Counted from the stretch's first letter, positions 1 to 10,138 are shown. The stretch is DNA of 64,000 nucleotides from Nitrospirota bacterium (GCA_963733375.1 CAVTDB010000003.1:128001-192000), one strand, 5' to 3'. Numbers and translations are program-made. The notes: generated by a model not told the origin, from the sequence alone.

Positions 1-869
1 CCAACCACCAACTCCTTGAAGCTTTTTTCCCTCAGGTCCCCCAGGACCAGCGAAGAGTGGTTGCACGGCCTTAACATGCCGTCGCAGCCTATCGTGTAAT
101 AGGAGTCAGTTCCTCCTCTGGGGCACCACCCGAAAGTTAGGTCTGGATATTTTGTCAAGTCCAGTACACAAGGCGGAATTGGAACGGAACTGAACACCGG
201 CATGCCGTATTGTCTTACAGCCTCCTGCGTAAGACTAAGACTTTCCTCAAGCATCTGAACTGGCGGCATCAATTCCCTTGCACGGGACTTCATGCCGCTG
301 CTGAGGTTGACACGATTGTACATGAAGCCTATCGCGCCAACCCCGAGGGCGAGTTCGTATACATTCATAATATCGAGAGCGTTGTATCTTGTTGCTACGA
401 ATACCGTCGTCAGGTAGGAACCGTGCCGATTGATACGAGAAACGTTCCTTACGACTTTGTCGAACACCTTTGCGCCAGCCAGTCTGTCGTGAAGGTTTGC
501 ATTGTGCCCCAGGAGCGTGACTTCGAACATTATTCCCGATGGCAGTTTGGCAAGCAGTGAATCTGTTAGCAAAGCACCATTGGTAATGACCGTTGGTTGA
601 ATGCCGTCATCAACAAGGTCTCCAAGTATCTGGGGTAGATCTTTTCTTAGCAACGGCTCCCCCCCTGAAAGTACAACATATCGTAATGGCACGGATTCTT
701 TCACCCTGTTTATGAGGATACGTATTTCCTCTCTCGACAGCGTTCCAGAGTCTGTACCGCTAACGACTCTGCCTTCCTTGCGCCAATAATTGTAGCAATG
801 CAGGCAGGCGTTGTTGCACTTCGGGGTCAGCTCAATACTTATAAAACGAGGCTCACCGCTTTTTTGCAC
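1..869 (-). CDS. Radical SAM/SPASM protein (runs off the left edge)
   Basis: Manual translation from GTG 869: ELTPKCNNACLHCY (CxxxCxxC), VVLSGGEPLL, VITNG, SPASM start WCPRGG...IGCDGMLRPCNH...LGDLREKSF. Absent from the ORF track because there is no stop in the window. Confidence 0.88.
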   Translation of the reverse strand, partial: MQKSGEPRFISIELTPKCNNACLHCYNYWRKEGRVVSGTDSGTLSREEIRILINRVKESVPLRYVVLSGGEPLLRKDLPQILGDLVDDGIQPTVITNGALLTDSLLAKLPSGIMFEVTLLGHNANLHDRLAGAKVFDKVVRNVSRINRHGSYLTTVFVATRYNALDIMNVYELALGVGAIGFMYNRVNLSSGMKSRARELMPPVQMLEESLSLTQEAVRQYGMPVFSSVPIPPCVLDLTKYPDLTFGWCPRGGTDSYYTIGCDGMLRPCNHSSLVLGDLREKSFKELVV

Positions 870-871
870 AT

Positions 872-1283
872 CTATCCTTTAATCTCTTTGATCATCTGTC
901 TGCCCAGGGCAGCGGGAATCTTAGCGTCTTTGACAAGCTTCTTCACCGCATCCATCCTAACGCCACGGTCAATTTCAGGAATTTGACCCTGAGCCACTAT
1001 ATAGCAAGTGACGTGGTAACAACGGAACTTCGGGAGGTTAAATATAACGGCGACTATGACGGCCTGCTCATCGACTAACACCTTGGCTTCCGTAGTTTTC
1101 GCAAGCATCTTTTCAAGCGGCTCAGGAGAGGATATTCAGGTTAGCCTTCAACTCGCTCTTTTTCCCATCTACCGCGACATAAACCTTGTTACCTGTTATC
1201 AATATCTTGCCCACTTTCGCTTTGGTACCATACTTCTTTTCGAGTTCTTCCACACTCATTTCGGCCAGTTTCACTTCCGGCAT
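872..1283 (-). CDS. Hypothetical ~137-aa protein with an RCYHVTCY motif (one frameshift near 1128)
   Basis: AGGAGG RBS before ATG 1283 (MPEVKLAEMSVEELEKKYG...). Removing one base joins it to ORF 872..1108. Confidence 0.6.
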
Positions 1284-1343
1284 GTCTTCCTCCTTTGAAA
1301 GGCGTTAACGGTCTTCTTGCTGGAATGGGCTACTACCTGATAT

Positions 1344-2397
1344 TTATGTAAAGTCGCATCTTGGTCGATTTGGATAGCTGCAATAGCGGCTCTCAAAAAG
1401 GGAACCACTGTTGAAATAGCTTGAACCCCTGCAACCTCCCCGGCATATGTGGCCTTTGTCACATCCGGCGCAGGCTCCGGCAAGCATGCTCACATCGAAA
1501 TTCCGGTTGTAAGCAAAGTTCCCATCCTTTGTCCATATCTCTTCGAAGGACTCATGGCGCAGGTTACCTTCGATGAATTTTTCAGAATAGATCGACTCGC
1601 ATCCTTTGACATTTCCGACGCTGTCGATGCCGACCACCCGTATCCCCGCTTTGCAGCCGTTCCAGGCTGAGATGGTACCAGGTAGACTACGGATGTAAAA
1701 CTCATTCTTGTCGAAGTAGCCAATATCGTCACCTGCATATATTCGCATTAGGCCCCTCCGACGTTTTTCTCGGATAAAATCGGTGATTTCTCCAACCCTC
1801 TCTGGAGCGAGGAGAATATCCTTTGCGCCCAGCCATGTTGCCCATGCCCGTGACTATCTGAAGCTGCCAGATTTCCACTCGGTTATCAACAAGTAGGTCA
1901 TATAGCTCGTCAAGATCTTCGGCGTTAAAGTCAACGAGGCTCGTTACGATGGCCATCGGTATATTTTCGCGGTTCAGTCTATTGAAGGCGGCAAGGACTT
2001 TTTGAAAAGAACCTTTCTTTCTTCTCATCCGATCATGGTTCTTTTCCATCCCATCAAGAGAAATACCTACATTGTTCAGTCCCGCCTCCCTTATCGAGGC
2101 TACCTCTTCGTCACCAAATAAAAACGCATTTGTGATGATGTTGGTTTTCGCTCCTCCATTTGACATCCTCCTTGCCACCTTTTCCCATCCCTTGTAGAGG
2201 AAAATTTCACCGCCTATGAAGGTGATCTGTCGGCAGCCTAAGCGAAGGAGATCATCTACTATGGGCAGACACTCCTCTACAGTCAGTTCGTTAGGCCGTG
2301 CCTTCGCGGCGGACGAACCGCAATGGAGACACTTCATGTTGCATTGAAGTGTCATTTCCCAGACGGCATTTTCCGGCACATATTCGGTTAAATTCAC
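1344..2397 (-). CDS. Radical SAM/SPASM maturase, PlpX/splicease-like (frameshift near 1810)
   Basis: AVWEMTLQCNMKCLHCGSSA, FIGGE, SPASM WNGCKAG...GIDSVGNVKGC...CAGC...CRGGC...YC; GTG 2397 with GGAGG RBS; split over ORFs 1729..2490 and 1344..1748. Confidence 0.85.
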
Positions 2398-2416
2398 CGT
2401 TCTGCCTCCATTCGAT

Positions 2417-2454
2417 AAGCCGCGCGGCGGGGCCGCTGCCCGCGCCGCAGGCTT
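2417..2454 (-). terminator. GC-rich hairpin between the putative precursor and maturase genes
   Basis: Imperfect inverted repeat aagccgcgcggc...cgcgccgcaggctt just downstream of the 2465..2755 stop codon. Confidence 0.45.
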
Positions 2455-2464
2455 AGATTTTCCT

Positions 2465-2755
2465 TTATACGCGGACCATGTACATTGCACGTATTACGTC
2501 CTGGTGAAGTTCAATGAAATCACAATCTACTCCTGCTTCATCCTTTATTTCTCGCATCTGCCAGCCGGTTAAATACATCCGTTTATACTTGTCATGGGTC
2601 GGAATACCGTATCGCAAAACCGGGTGCGGCGTCGTAGGAACATCGAGTTCATAAGTATTGCATTCGACGCCAAGAAAATCCTTGATCATCTGCTTTTGCC
2701 AGTCCTCAAGATAAAGGATTATTTTCTTCGCACCATCCACTGTCGGCATGATCAA
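2465..2755 (-). CDS. Small internally duplicated protein, candidate RiPP precursor
   Basis: Two units, LYLEDWQKQMIKDFLGVECNTYEL...VLRYGIP and MYLTGWQMREIKDEAGVDCDFIEL...RAMYMV; AGGAGG RBS; directly upstream of the rSAM gene. Confidence 0.7.
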   Translation of the reverse strand: MIMPTVDGAKKIILYLEDWQKQMIKDFLGVECNTYELDVPTTPHPVLRYGIPTHDKYKRMYLTGWQMREIKDEAGVDCDFIELHQDVIRAMYMVRV

Positions 2756-2899
2756 CCTCCTTTTAAAATGTTTTGAGACATTACGTCAAATTCAGCCGAG
2801 GCAAAATTACCCGGCAGGCCAAAAGCCCACAGCCTTTTTACACTCATAACCGTTACTGTGCATAAAACGGCTCATGCGGCTTTCCTAAACACCAAGTGA

Positions 2900-3559
2900 T
2901 TAAACAGAAGGGTTTTCCCTGACCGTGACCAAGAGTTCCTTGATCCCTACGATGCCACCGAAAGCCGCCCCTATACTTGTGACAGTATAATGATACAGTT
3001 TGTCTGGATAATCGGATCTGGATGGCGGTATCTGCCTGATGGCGTCAAAAATGGCATCTTCAAGGGAAAACTTTATTGACCGACCCGTCGCCTGTCTTGA
3101 TTGTAAGTTAATTATATCTGTTAACAAGTGCTCCATTCCCTTGCCAACACTAAATGGTATGGGGACTTCTCCGCCGCCGCCAAGCGGTACAGGTACCTCC
3201 CCACCTCCGCCAGCTATCAAAGTTTTAGTTACGACTCCCGATTCCGTTGCCCCAAAAGCGATGACATCAACAAGTTTATCTCCACCATTGAAATATACTT
3301 TGACCTGTTTCTTGCATGGACCGATGTCGAAAACCTCCACATGTTCCCACTTGTATCCTTTATGTACAGCCGCGCATACTATGCCGTCAGGCAAGTTCCT
3401 TTGAACAATAAACCCTGGCGGCTCTACATCTAGTTTATTTGAAATAATTTCTATGCCCTTTGTGCAGGCGTCAGGATAGGTTCCCCTTGCATAAATAAAG
3501 TGTTGCCCGAATGCAAAAAAAGCATTAACGCTGTCTATCCCAATTAATGCGGTAGCCAT
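2900..3559 (-). CDS. Hypothetical protein with tandem GGGGEVPxP repeat
   Basis: 219-aa ORF with AGGAG RBS; GGGGEVPVPLGGGGEVPIPF linker. Confidence 0.7.
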   Translation of the reverse strand: MATALIGIDSVNAFFAFGQHFIYARGTYPDACTKGIEIISNKLDVEPPGFIVQRNLPDGIVCAAVHKGYKWEHVEVFDIGPCKKQVKVYFNGGDKLVDVIAFGATESGVVTKTLIAGGGGEVPVPLGGGGEVPIPFSVGKGMEHLLTDIINLQSRQATGRSIKFSLEDAIFDAIRQIPPSRSDYPDKLYHYTVTSIGAAFGGIVGIKELLVTVRENPSV

Positions 3560-3942
3560 GTGTAGCTCCTATTCTATTAATAAACTGATGGAGAAAACAT
3601 TGCTCGAAAAGGTAAAACCCATATCTGTTTACAGAGGTGGACTTTGTTTACAAAAGCCCACGACTTACTCTGAGTCCTGACACTCGGATAGCACGTAAAG
3701 CTCGTATTGCGGCTTTCTATTTAAACAAGGTTATTTCTACATTATTGAGAACCTAAAGTCAATAAAGATTACCAGCTTATTGACTAAGGTAAAAATACTA
3801 CTACTTTTGAGTTAGACATAAGTAACTGCGCATTTTCAACTTTCGCCCCTTTTTTTGACTACCTGGTTTGCGTAACGCAATCCGTCTCACGCTTCTCTGA
3901 TTGCCTTATAGCTAGGACGGAAGTAGCCGCCGAAACGTTTTG

Positions 3943-4374
3943 TCATTGCCATTGGCTGGTCTCGACAGGTGTCCCGACCGGAGTTACATCGTTAGAGAGA
4001 TCCGATGCGTCGCTCGTCCCCGCTGAATTAGTCGCCATAACAACAAAATTGTAGGTGGTTCCATTTGTAAGACCTGTTACAATTATTGGGCTCGATTGCC
4101 CAATAGCCCTAACCGTAGCTACACCGGGGCCTGAGATAACTATATATGAAATGATAGGACTGCCGCCGTCATCCATAGGAGCGGCAAAGCTCACAGTAGC
4201 CTGCCCGTCGCCAGCCATCGCTTGAACATTGGTCGGCGCGCTAGGGACTGTTGAGTCCGCAAAACAGAGTTGGCCGACAACCAGAAGAGCAAAAACTAAT
4301 AGCATAGTCCAAATAGCGCTTAAAGAATGAATCTTCATAATTCCTATCCTCCTTTTTATCACGAGAATTCCCAT
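3943..4374 (-). CDS. Secreted fibronectin type III domain protein (paralogue of 36168..36587)
   Basis: Signal peptide, PSAPTNVQA...DGGSPI...GLTNGTTYNFVVMATN. The true start is probably internal (MKIHS). Confidence 0.85.
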   Translation of the reverse strand: MGILVIKRRIGIMKIHSLSAIWTMLLVFALLVVGQLCFADSTVPSAPTNVQAMAGDGQATVSFAAPMDDGGSPIISYIVISGPGVATVRAIGQSSPIIVTGLTNGTTYNFVVMATNSAGTSDASDLSNDVTPVGTPVETSQWQ

Positions 4375-4413
4375 ACGATTATTATCCCCGGCTGTCCGTT
4401 TGAACCGGTATAC

Positions 4414-4574
4414 TGTTGATCGGCGTGCAATAATGACCCACTTAGCGGGTAATCGGCGTCCAATATTGACCCTCCCTCTGAAGTCATAACACGCGGTTAT
4501 TAATATGATAAATTAAATTAACCCTGGGTCAAACAGGATGCCGATGGTGGGTCAAAATTGCACGCCGATCAACA
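4414..4574 (+). mobile_element. IS21-type MITE, copy A
   Basis: TGTTGATCGGCGTGCAATAATGACCC...GGGTCAAAATTGCACGCCGATCAACA; two ~21-bp repeats per end, AT-rich core, no transposase. Confidence 0.88.
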
Positions 4575-4663
4575 TCCTGAGGCGTTTCCGTGGCGTTTTC
4601 CGAAGCCGACTTGTCGTGATTTCAAAGAGTTAGGAATCTCACCCCCCCTGTCAATGTACAGTC

Positions 4664-5140
4664 TTGCTTTTGGGGGAATGCCCTGAATGGTTAAGGGAGA
4701 TAGTCACCTTCGCAATCTATACCGGGATGAGACGTAACGAGATACTATCCCTTAGATGGCCCCAGGTGGACTTAGAGCGGCAGGCGATAACGCTCCTTAT
4801 AACCAAGAATAAGGAAAAGCGCACCGTGCCAATAAATGAAAAGGTTCTGACCCTTTTGAGGGAAAAGGTCTCATCGCGGAAAAATTCTGGTTACGTTTTC
4901 CCTTCGGAGGCGGGCACGATGATAGAGGGGCACAATTTGAGCCGTGCATATAGGCTGGCAAGGGAAAAGGCAGGGCTTAACGATGTCCGTTTCCACGATC
5001 TCCGCCATACTGCGGGCAGCCGGATGGTTCAAGCTGGTGTTGACCTCTATTCAGTGAGTCTGATCCTGGGCCATAAAACCCTAGCTGTTACAAAGCGGTA
5101 TGCTCACCACAATGTTGAGAGTCTGCGCCGTGGCTGTTGA
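4664..5140 (+). pseudogene. Tyrosine integrase, C-terminal catalytic fragment
   Basis: YTGMRRNEIL, RFHDLRHT, LGHK...RYAH; the N-terminus is missing and replaced by a transposon-end-like sequence ending TGTACA at 4660. Confidence 0.85.
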
Positions 5141-5455
5141 TTAACATCCGGTTTGAGATTTATTGTCAGGAGGGGTGAGATTAACCCTATCGAAGTTTTG
5201 ATTAAACAAAGCGCGAAATGCGTCCTTTGTGGTGCTCCTTATGGGAAATGCGATTGCTGGCAGCCATGCGATTATAAGCCGCCGTGCGGCCACGTGCATG
5301 AAAAGGGGCAACTTGCGGGAATCCCATTCATGAGATGAAAAAGGCAAAAGAGAGGCGGCGGTGGGCTGCTTGGTAAAATCGGATTTCACGTGGTGAAATT
5401 TTTCGAGAGAGCGAGTTATCTCACCGTTTTGCGAAAGTTATCTCGCGCCGCTACA
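5135..5455. mobile_element. Possible miniature or remnant Mu-type element with TGT...ACA ends and GAGAT repeats
   Basis: Left TGTTGATT...TGAGATT...GGGGTGAGATT; right GTTATCTC x2 ...CCGCTACA, whose reverse complement TGTAGCG matches the end at 59179. Confidence 0.45.
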
Positions 5456-5479
5456 CAGAAACGAGGGAGTTGACTCTAA

Positions 5480-5513
5480 CTTTACAACTGGTACAATAAA
5501 CGGGGGCAGATCA
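5480..5513. mobile_element. IS3-family terminal inverted-repeat remnant (similar ones at ~12003, ~13675, ~14080)
   Basis: ctttacaactggtacaataaacgggggcagatca is the reverse complement match of tgacctgcccccgtttattgtaccagct at 13675 and ggcctgccccgttattgtaccaactgtaaag at 12003. Confidence 0.55.
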
Positions 5514-5587
5514 ATTGAAATCCCCCCTTATCCAGGTTTGGACAATCCGGCCCCGGTATTCCAGGAATTTAAGTCAAATTATGGATT

Positions 5588-5623
5588 CCCCGATTAAGTC
5601 ATTCGCGAATGACTTAATCGGGG
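5588..5623. repeat. Perfect 36-bp palindrome (REP-like)
   Basis: ccccgattaagtcattcg|cgaatgacttaatcgggg. Confidence 0.8.
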
Positions 5624-5741
5624 GTCATTCCACCTAATCCTATCACCCCCGCGGGTGCCTGGGGTTGGTCAGTAACCTTCCCCCAGCCATATGCCGCCAG
5701 CTCGTCAGGGGTTACACACCAAAGGTTTGATACTGAACCTC

Positions 5742-7244
5742 CTAATGGACGTATCCGATGCCGTTCAAAGTCAACGTGTCGTTACCGCCGTATATATTGC
5801 TGTCGCTCGCGGAGAGGAACAGCTTCACTGAGTAAGTTCCGGCGGGGTAGATCAGACCTCCCCATCCTCCCCCCCCCGTGAACTGGTACGCGCCGCCAGA
5901 AGAAATACCTACGGCGCCAAGCCTTGTTCCGTCCGAGTTGTAGAGGAACACCTCTGCGTCGTCGTAAGTATCTGATATTCCCAACATATTCACCGTGATG
6001 TTGCCCGCGTCAGTGGTCGTGAACGATACAGCAGTGGATGTCGTGCCGCTGCCAGATCCGTCGTCTGTGACCGAGGCAGTCTTGCTCGTGTCCATGCTGA
6101 AGTTACCGACAGTCTGCTGATAAGGACAAGATTGGGACACGGCTACCGTGGAGTATCCTTTTCCAGCCGATATTTTAGTTATCCCGGTGAAGCCGCTCTG
6201 AACAGGATTCCATTTGTCGGTAGTAGTTCCATCGCCAAGCTGGCCAAGATCGTTACGTCCCCAGGCCCGGACTGTGCCGTCCGATTTCAGGGCAACAGTA
6301 TGATACGCTCCCCCGGAAACCGAGACTACGCCGGTAAGCCCGGGCACCTGGATGGGGGAAAGTCTGTTAGTGTTGGTCCCGTCACCTATTTGGCCGTATT
6401 GATTACTTCCCCACGCCCAGACCGTACCGTCCGACTTCAGGGCAACTGTAAAAAGATACCCTCCGGTAATGGATACCACGCCAGTAAGCCCGGGCACCTG
6501 GACGGGCGAATGTTCGGTAGTGGTAGTCCCGTCGCCCAACTGCCCATACTGATTATCTCCCCACGCCCAAACCGTGCCGTCCGACTTCAGGGCAACTGTA
6601 TGCTGATACCCTGCGGCAATAGATACCACGCCGGTAAGCCCAGGCACCTGGACGGGCGAATATCTGGTAGTGGTAGTCCCGTCGCCTAGCGGGCCATTAT
6701 AGTTATATCCCCAGTCCCAGACCGTACCGTCCGACTTCAGAGCAAACGTATTATAATCTCCCACGGCAATTGAGACTACGCCGGTAAGCCCGGGCACCTG
6801 AACGGGCGAAAGCCTGTAAGTCGTCGTCCCATCGCCAAGCTCTCCTTCTCCTTCCGCATTTCTTCCCCAGTCCCAGACCGTACCGTCCGACTTCAGGGCA
6901 ACCGTATGATAACATCCCGCGGTAACCGAGATTACGCCAGTTAGCCCGGGCACCTGAATGGGTGAAGTCGTGGGATTGTTATTCCCGTCACCAAGCTCCC
7001 CATCTGAATTAGCTCCCCACGCCCAGACCGTGCCGTCCGATTTCAGGGCAACTGTATGCCATCCCCCTTCAGAAATTGAGACTACATCGGTCAACGGCAC
7101 CTCCACGGGGGTAGTGGTATTAGTCCCGTTGTTAGCCCACTGGCCAGTAGCCCAGACCTCCCCCGCCTCGGCCCTAACAGTCCCTATGAAACCTAAGAAG
7201 AGGATCGCCGTCAAAACTGAAAAAACCCACACTGCTTTTTTCAT
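5742..7244 (-). CDS. Secreted RCC1/BLIP-II-like beta-propeller repeat protein
   Basis: Signal peptide; six ~51-aa repeats HTVALKSDGTVWAWGxNxxGQLGDGT...SPVQVPGLTGV. Confidence 0.92.
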   Translation of the reverse strand: MKKAVWVFSVLTAILFLGFIGTVRAEAGEVWATGQWANNGTNTTTPVEVPLTDVVSISEGGWHTVALKSDGTVWAWGANSDGELGDGNNNPTTSPIQVPGLTGVISVTAGCYHTVALKSDGTVWDWGRNAEGEGELGDGTTTYRLSPVQVPGLTGVVSIAVGDYNTFALKSDGTVWDWGYNYNGPLGDGTTTTRYSPVQVPGLTGVVSIAAGYQHTVALKSDGTVWAWGDNQYGQLGDGTTTTEHSPVQVPGLTGVVSITGGYLFTVALKSDGTVWAWGSNQYGQIGDGTNTNRLSPIQVPGLTGVVSVSGGAYHTVALKSDGTVRAWGRNDLGQLGDGTTTDKWNPVQSGFTGITKISAGKGYSTVAVSQSCPYQQTVGNFSMDTSKTASVTDDGSGSGTTSTAVSFTTTDAGNITVNMLGISDTYDDAEVFLYNSDGTRLGAVGISSGGAYQFTGGGGWGGLIYPAGTYSVKLFLSASDSNIYGGNDTLTLNGIGYVH

Positions 7245-7446
7245 CAGACATCTCCTTTGAAGAAAGAATTAAGAAAGTGGATGGGATACTCCTCCGGGGT
7301 AGTAGAACCATCTTTAAATAATGAACATAAAAACAAAACATCGGGACGGGCAGAAGCAAGACCATAAGGATAATAACAAATAATGCCTCCTTTCCTCCTT
7401 ATTTTACTAATTTTTGAATTGCAATCCTAATTTTCTTTAGGATTCC

Positions 7447-7607
7447 TGTTGATCGGCGTCCAAAATTGACCCACCATCGGCATACTGCTTGACCCAGGGG
7501 CAAGTTAGTTTATCATTTTAATAACAGCAAGTTATGACCTCAGAGGGTGGGTCAATATTGGACGCCGATTACCCGGAAAGTGGGTCATTATTGCATGCCG
7601 ATCAACA
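7447..7607 (-). mobile_element. IS21-type MITE, copy B (inverted)
   Basis: TGTTGATCGGCGTCCAAAATTGACCC...GGGTCATTATTGCATGCCGATCAACA. Confidence 0.88.
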
Positions 7608-7683
7608 CCTTTAACCTCTAATACGATTTATATTCCGGTAGCCTCCGTGTAAATAACGGAATTTTCCCCGTTCTTATAATGCA

Positions 7684-8715
7684 TTATCCTTTTGACTTAT
7701 TGGGTTCTATGAACTTCTGGTTTTTACTTGAGGCTGCAGAAAGCCTGTTGAGCAGTTGATCCATGGTAGAACGCAGCAGTTTCTCTCCCGCAAAACCAGC
7801 AGCAAAATCAATCACCCTATACGCTACATACACGTCTGGGACCTCAATTTTAATTCCGGCAGAACTACTTCCGCCCGTTTTTATTATCCCGAAGAGCAGC
7901 TGACTCTCGGCCAAGAGGAGTATTGCAAGGGCCGTGGCCGCACCCATAATTGGACGTGCAAAAACGTTTAATGTCAGGTTTATGGTAAAGTTTCCCTTTA
8001 TCAAACTCTGTTTGTCGGAAGACATTATTCGAACTTAGGCTACCGCCAAGCGCACCCAAAACACAGGCATAAAAATAATCCGTGGACCCGTTCTGGCGGT
8101 AGTAAATAAAAAACAGCGCGATTAAAAGTAACGCCATTATTATCTGGGACACGTTGTTGATTTTTACCATGTAGAGTTCGAGGAAGCTGCTGTCCAAGCT
8201 CCTATTAATGGTATTCAGCGCCGCCTTGAGGGTTTTCCTCGACCTTTCAAGGACGTCATTACTTACTGTTTTCTCTTCGAGTTTCTTTATCACATCATCT
8301 AATTGGGCTCTCCAGGTTTTCCTGATGTCCTCGGGAAGGTTTGTAAGTGACAGGTTGTCCAAGATGCTTCTCGCATCGGTAAGAAGCTCATCCCCGTCCT
8401 TTATCAGCAGGAAATCCTCGTCAAGCCGATGCGCCGTCTCGCGGAAAAAAACTATTTTCTTATTAAGATATCCTTTTTTCTCCGTCTCCTAAAGACACCT
8501 TAAGGAGATTGATCCTCTCTCCAAGTTGCTTTAGCAGCTCGATTTATATGCATGTCTTCGGTCTCAACATATCTGGACTTGAGTATATTGAACTCCGACT
8601 CTATGCTAAGCATACTTGCGTATAGGTCCTCTTTGGGCGGCGTGTGGAACCCTTTAAGGGCTTTTATATAAAACAGGTGGTTTGTCGGCTTGCCTGAGTG
8701 TTCTAATTCGGTCAT
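7684..8715 (-). CDS. Hypothetical membrane protein (several frameshifts)
   Basis: ORFs 8500..8766, 7865..8362 and 7684..8025 in series; LGALGGSLSS, ARPIMGA and AAGFAGE hydrophobic segments. Confidence 0.55.
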
Positions 8716-8934
8716 GGATCCTCCTGATAAAAGATTTAACGAACAGCAAAGGGGGGGGACATGCAATCTCAGTTTTCACCGCAATACCATATTGCATCAT
8801 TACAGTTAGGTAAAACTTTGACTTTAAGCAAACTAACAATCGGCTGGTAATAAACTACCTGAGCCTGAACCATTATACAGTTGAAAGGTTGATGTCAGAG
8901 TTGAGTATAGTATTCCGCCCGTCAAGGCATTACC

Positions 8935-10138
8935 TCACTTGATATTAACACCTTCAGGCTCCTTGCAATTGCTATCCAAGAAAAACACCTCCGCACCAGT
9001 ATCCTCGACCGGGTTGTTTGGTTTCAGCCAGCCGCCCGTGTTATATAGTTCTATATTAGTTGCACCGGTAGCTAAAGGTAGTTCATATGAAAGCGGGTTT
9101 TCAATTGCTTCATGTGTATGACCAAATATCACCCTCTTGGGCACGGCCAAGCCAAAACCCGCGGCTTGGCTACAGCTCGCTGAATAAAAACGCGCAAACC
9201 TCTTTTGCACTTCAGGTTTATCTTTAAATGTCTTGGAGTAGCGACTGTCTTCATAGCCCGAGATTTGGCTGTCCACCCAGTGCTTCAACAAGCCGATAAC
9301 AAGATCATATGTCTCCCCGGTTAACCGGGTCGCCCCAAACATCTCCTTAATGTTGTTTTTGATGACATCAATAGCTTGATCCAATTGCTGGGATTGTTGG
9401 CTTTTTGCCTGTTGCTGCACAGTTTGAAACAACCCCGTTACCGGGCCTCCCATCCCGAGACCGGTACATATCATGGTGTTGATTGGCAGGTTATATTCCT
9501 CAATTTGCTTGACATCTGTTGCATCGGGTAACTTACCACCAGGAAAATCCTTCAGCAAGCTCTGAAAGCAATACCCAAGCTAATTCCAAGAAATGGCCAT
9601 GCGTGACAAGCGTAGCATTCTCGCCGCACTTTATATAAAGGTTTGGATAGACTATGTATATAGGCACATTACTTTCTTTGGGCAGCAATCCTTCTATATA
9701 CATACCGCCGTAGTCCCCGTCAGGGTTAGGCGTTACACCAGGGAGATTTATGCTGCCAGCCTCGAGGTTTATTATTCCTGGCTGGGTATGTATAAAGGCC
9801 TCTGGGTCGGCGTTCTTTTGAAGCTTCATGATGACATGCCGCTGCCACTCGGTAGCGTCCCAGACCTGTTTGTCATGGTTGCCTGGGATATATACTATTT
9901 TCTTCGTCAGTTTTACGATTGCTTCAAAAAACGGTTTTGAAATTGCACATGAATTAGCAAAGGAATTGATAGAAAAGTCTAATGTATCTCCGTTTAAGAC
10001 AAGGTAGTCAATTGGCCCCTTGTTATCTATTGCGCTCTTGAACCGATCAAATGTCGGGGTAGTCTTACCGTTGGCGACAAGCTTGCAGTTTGGATCGCCA
10101 AAGTGAGTGTCTGAGATTATAGCTATCCGTGCACACAT
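8935..10138 (-). CDS. Calcineurin-like metallophosphoesterase (frameshift near 9550)
   Basis: ISDTHFG, LNGDTLD, PGNHD, THGH, IFGHTH, YNTGGW across two ORFs. Confidence 0.85.

Noticed and set aside
210-986. Plus-strand ORFs 210..560, 601..789 and 798..986, and most other short antisense ORFs in the track
   Set aside because: They are shadows of motif-bearing minus-strand genes and show no recognisable motifs.
6200-7080. ~150-bp tandem DNA repeats
   Set aside because: They are the coding RCC1 repeats of 5742..7244.
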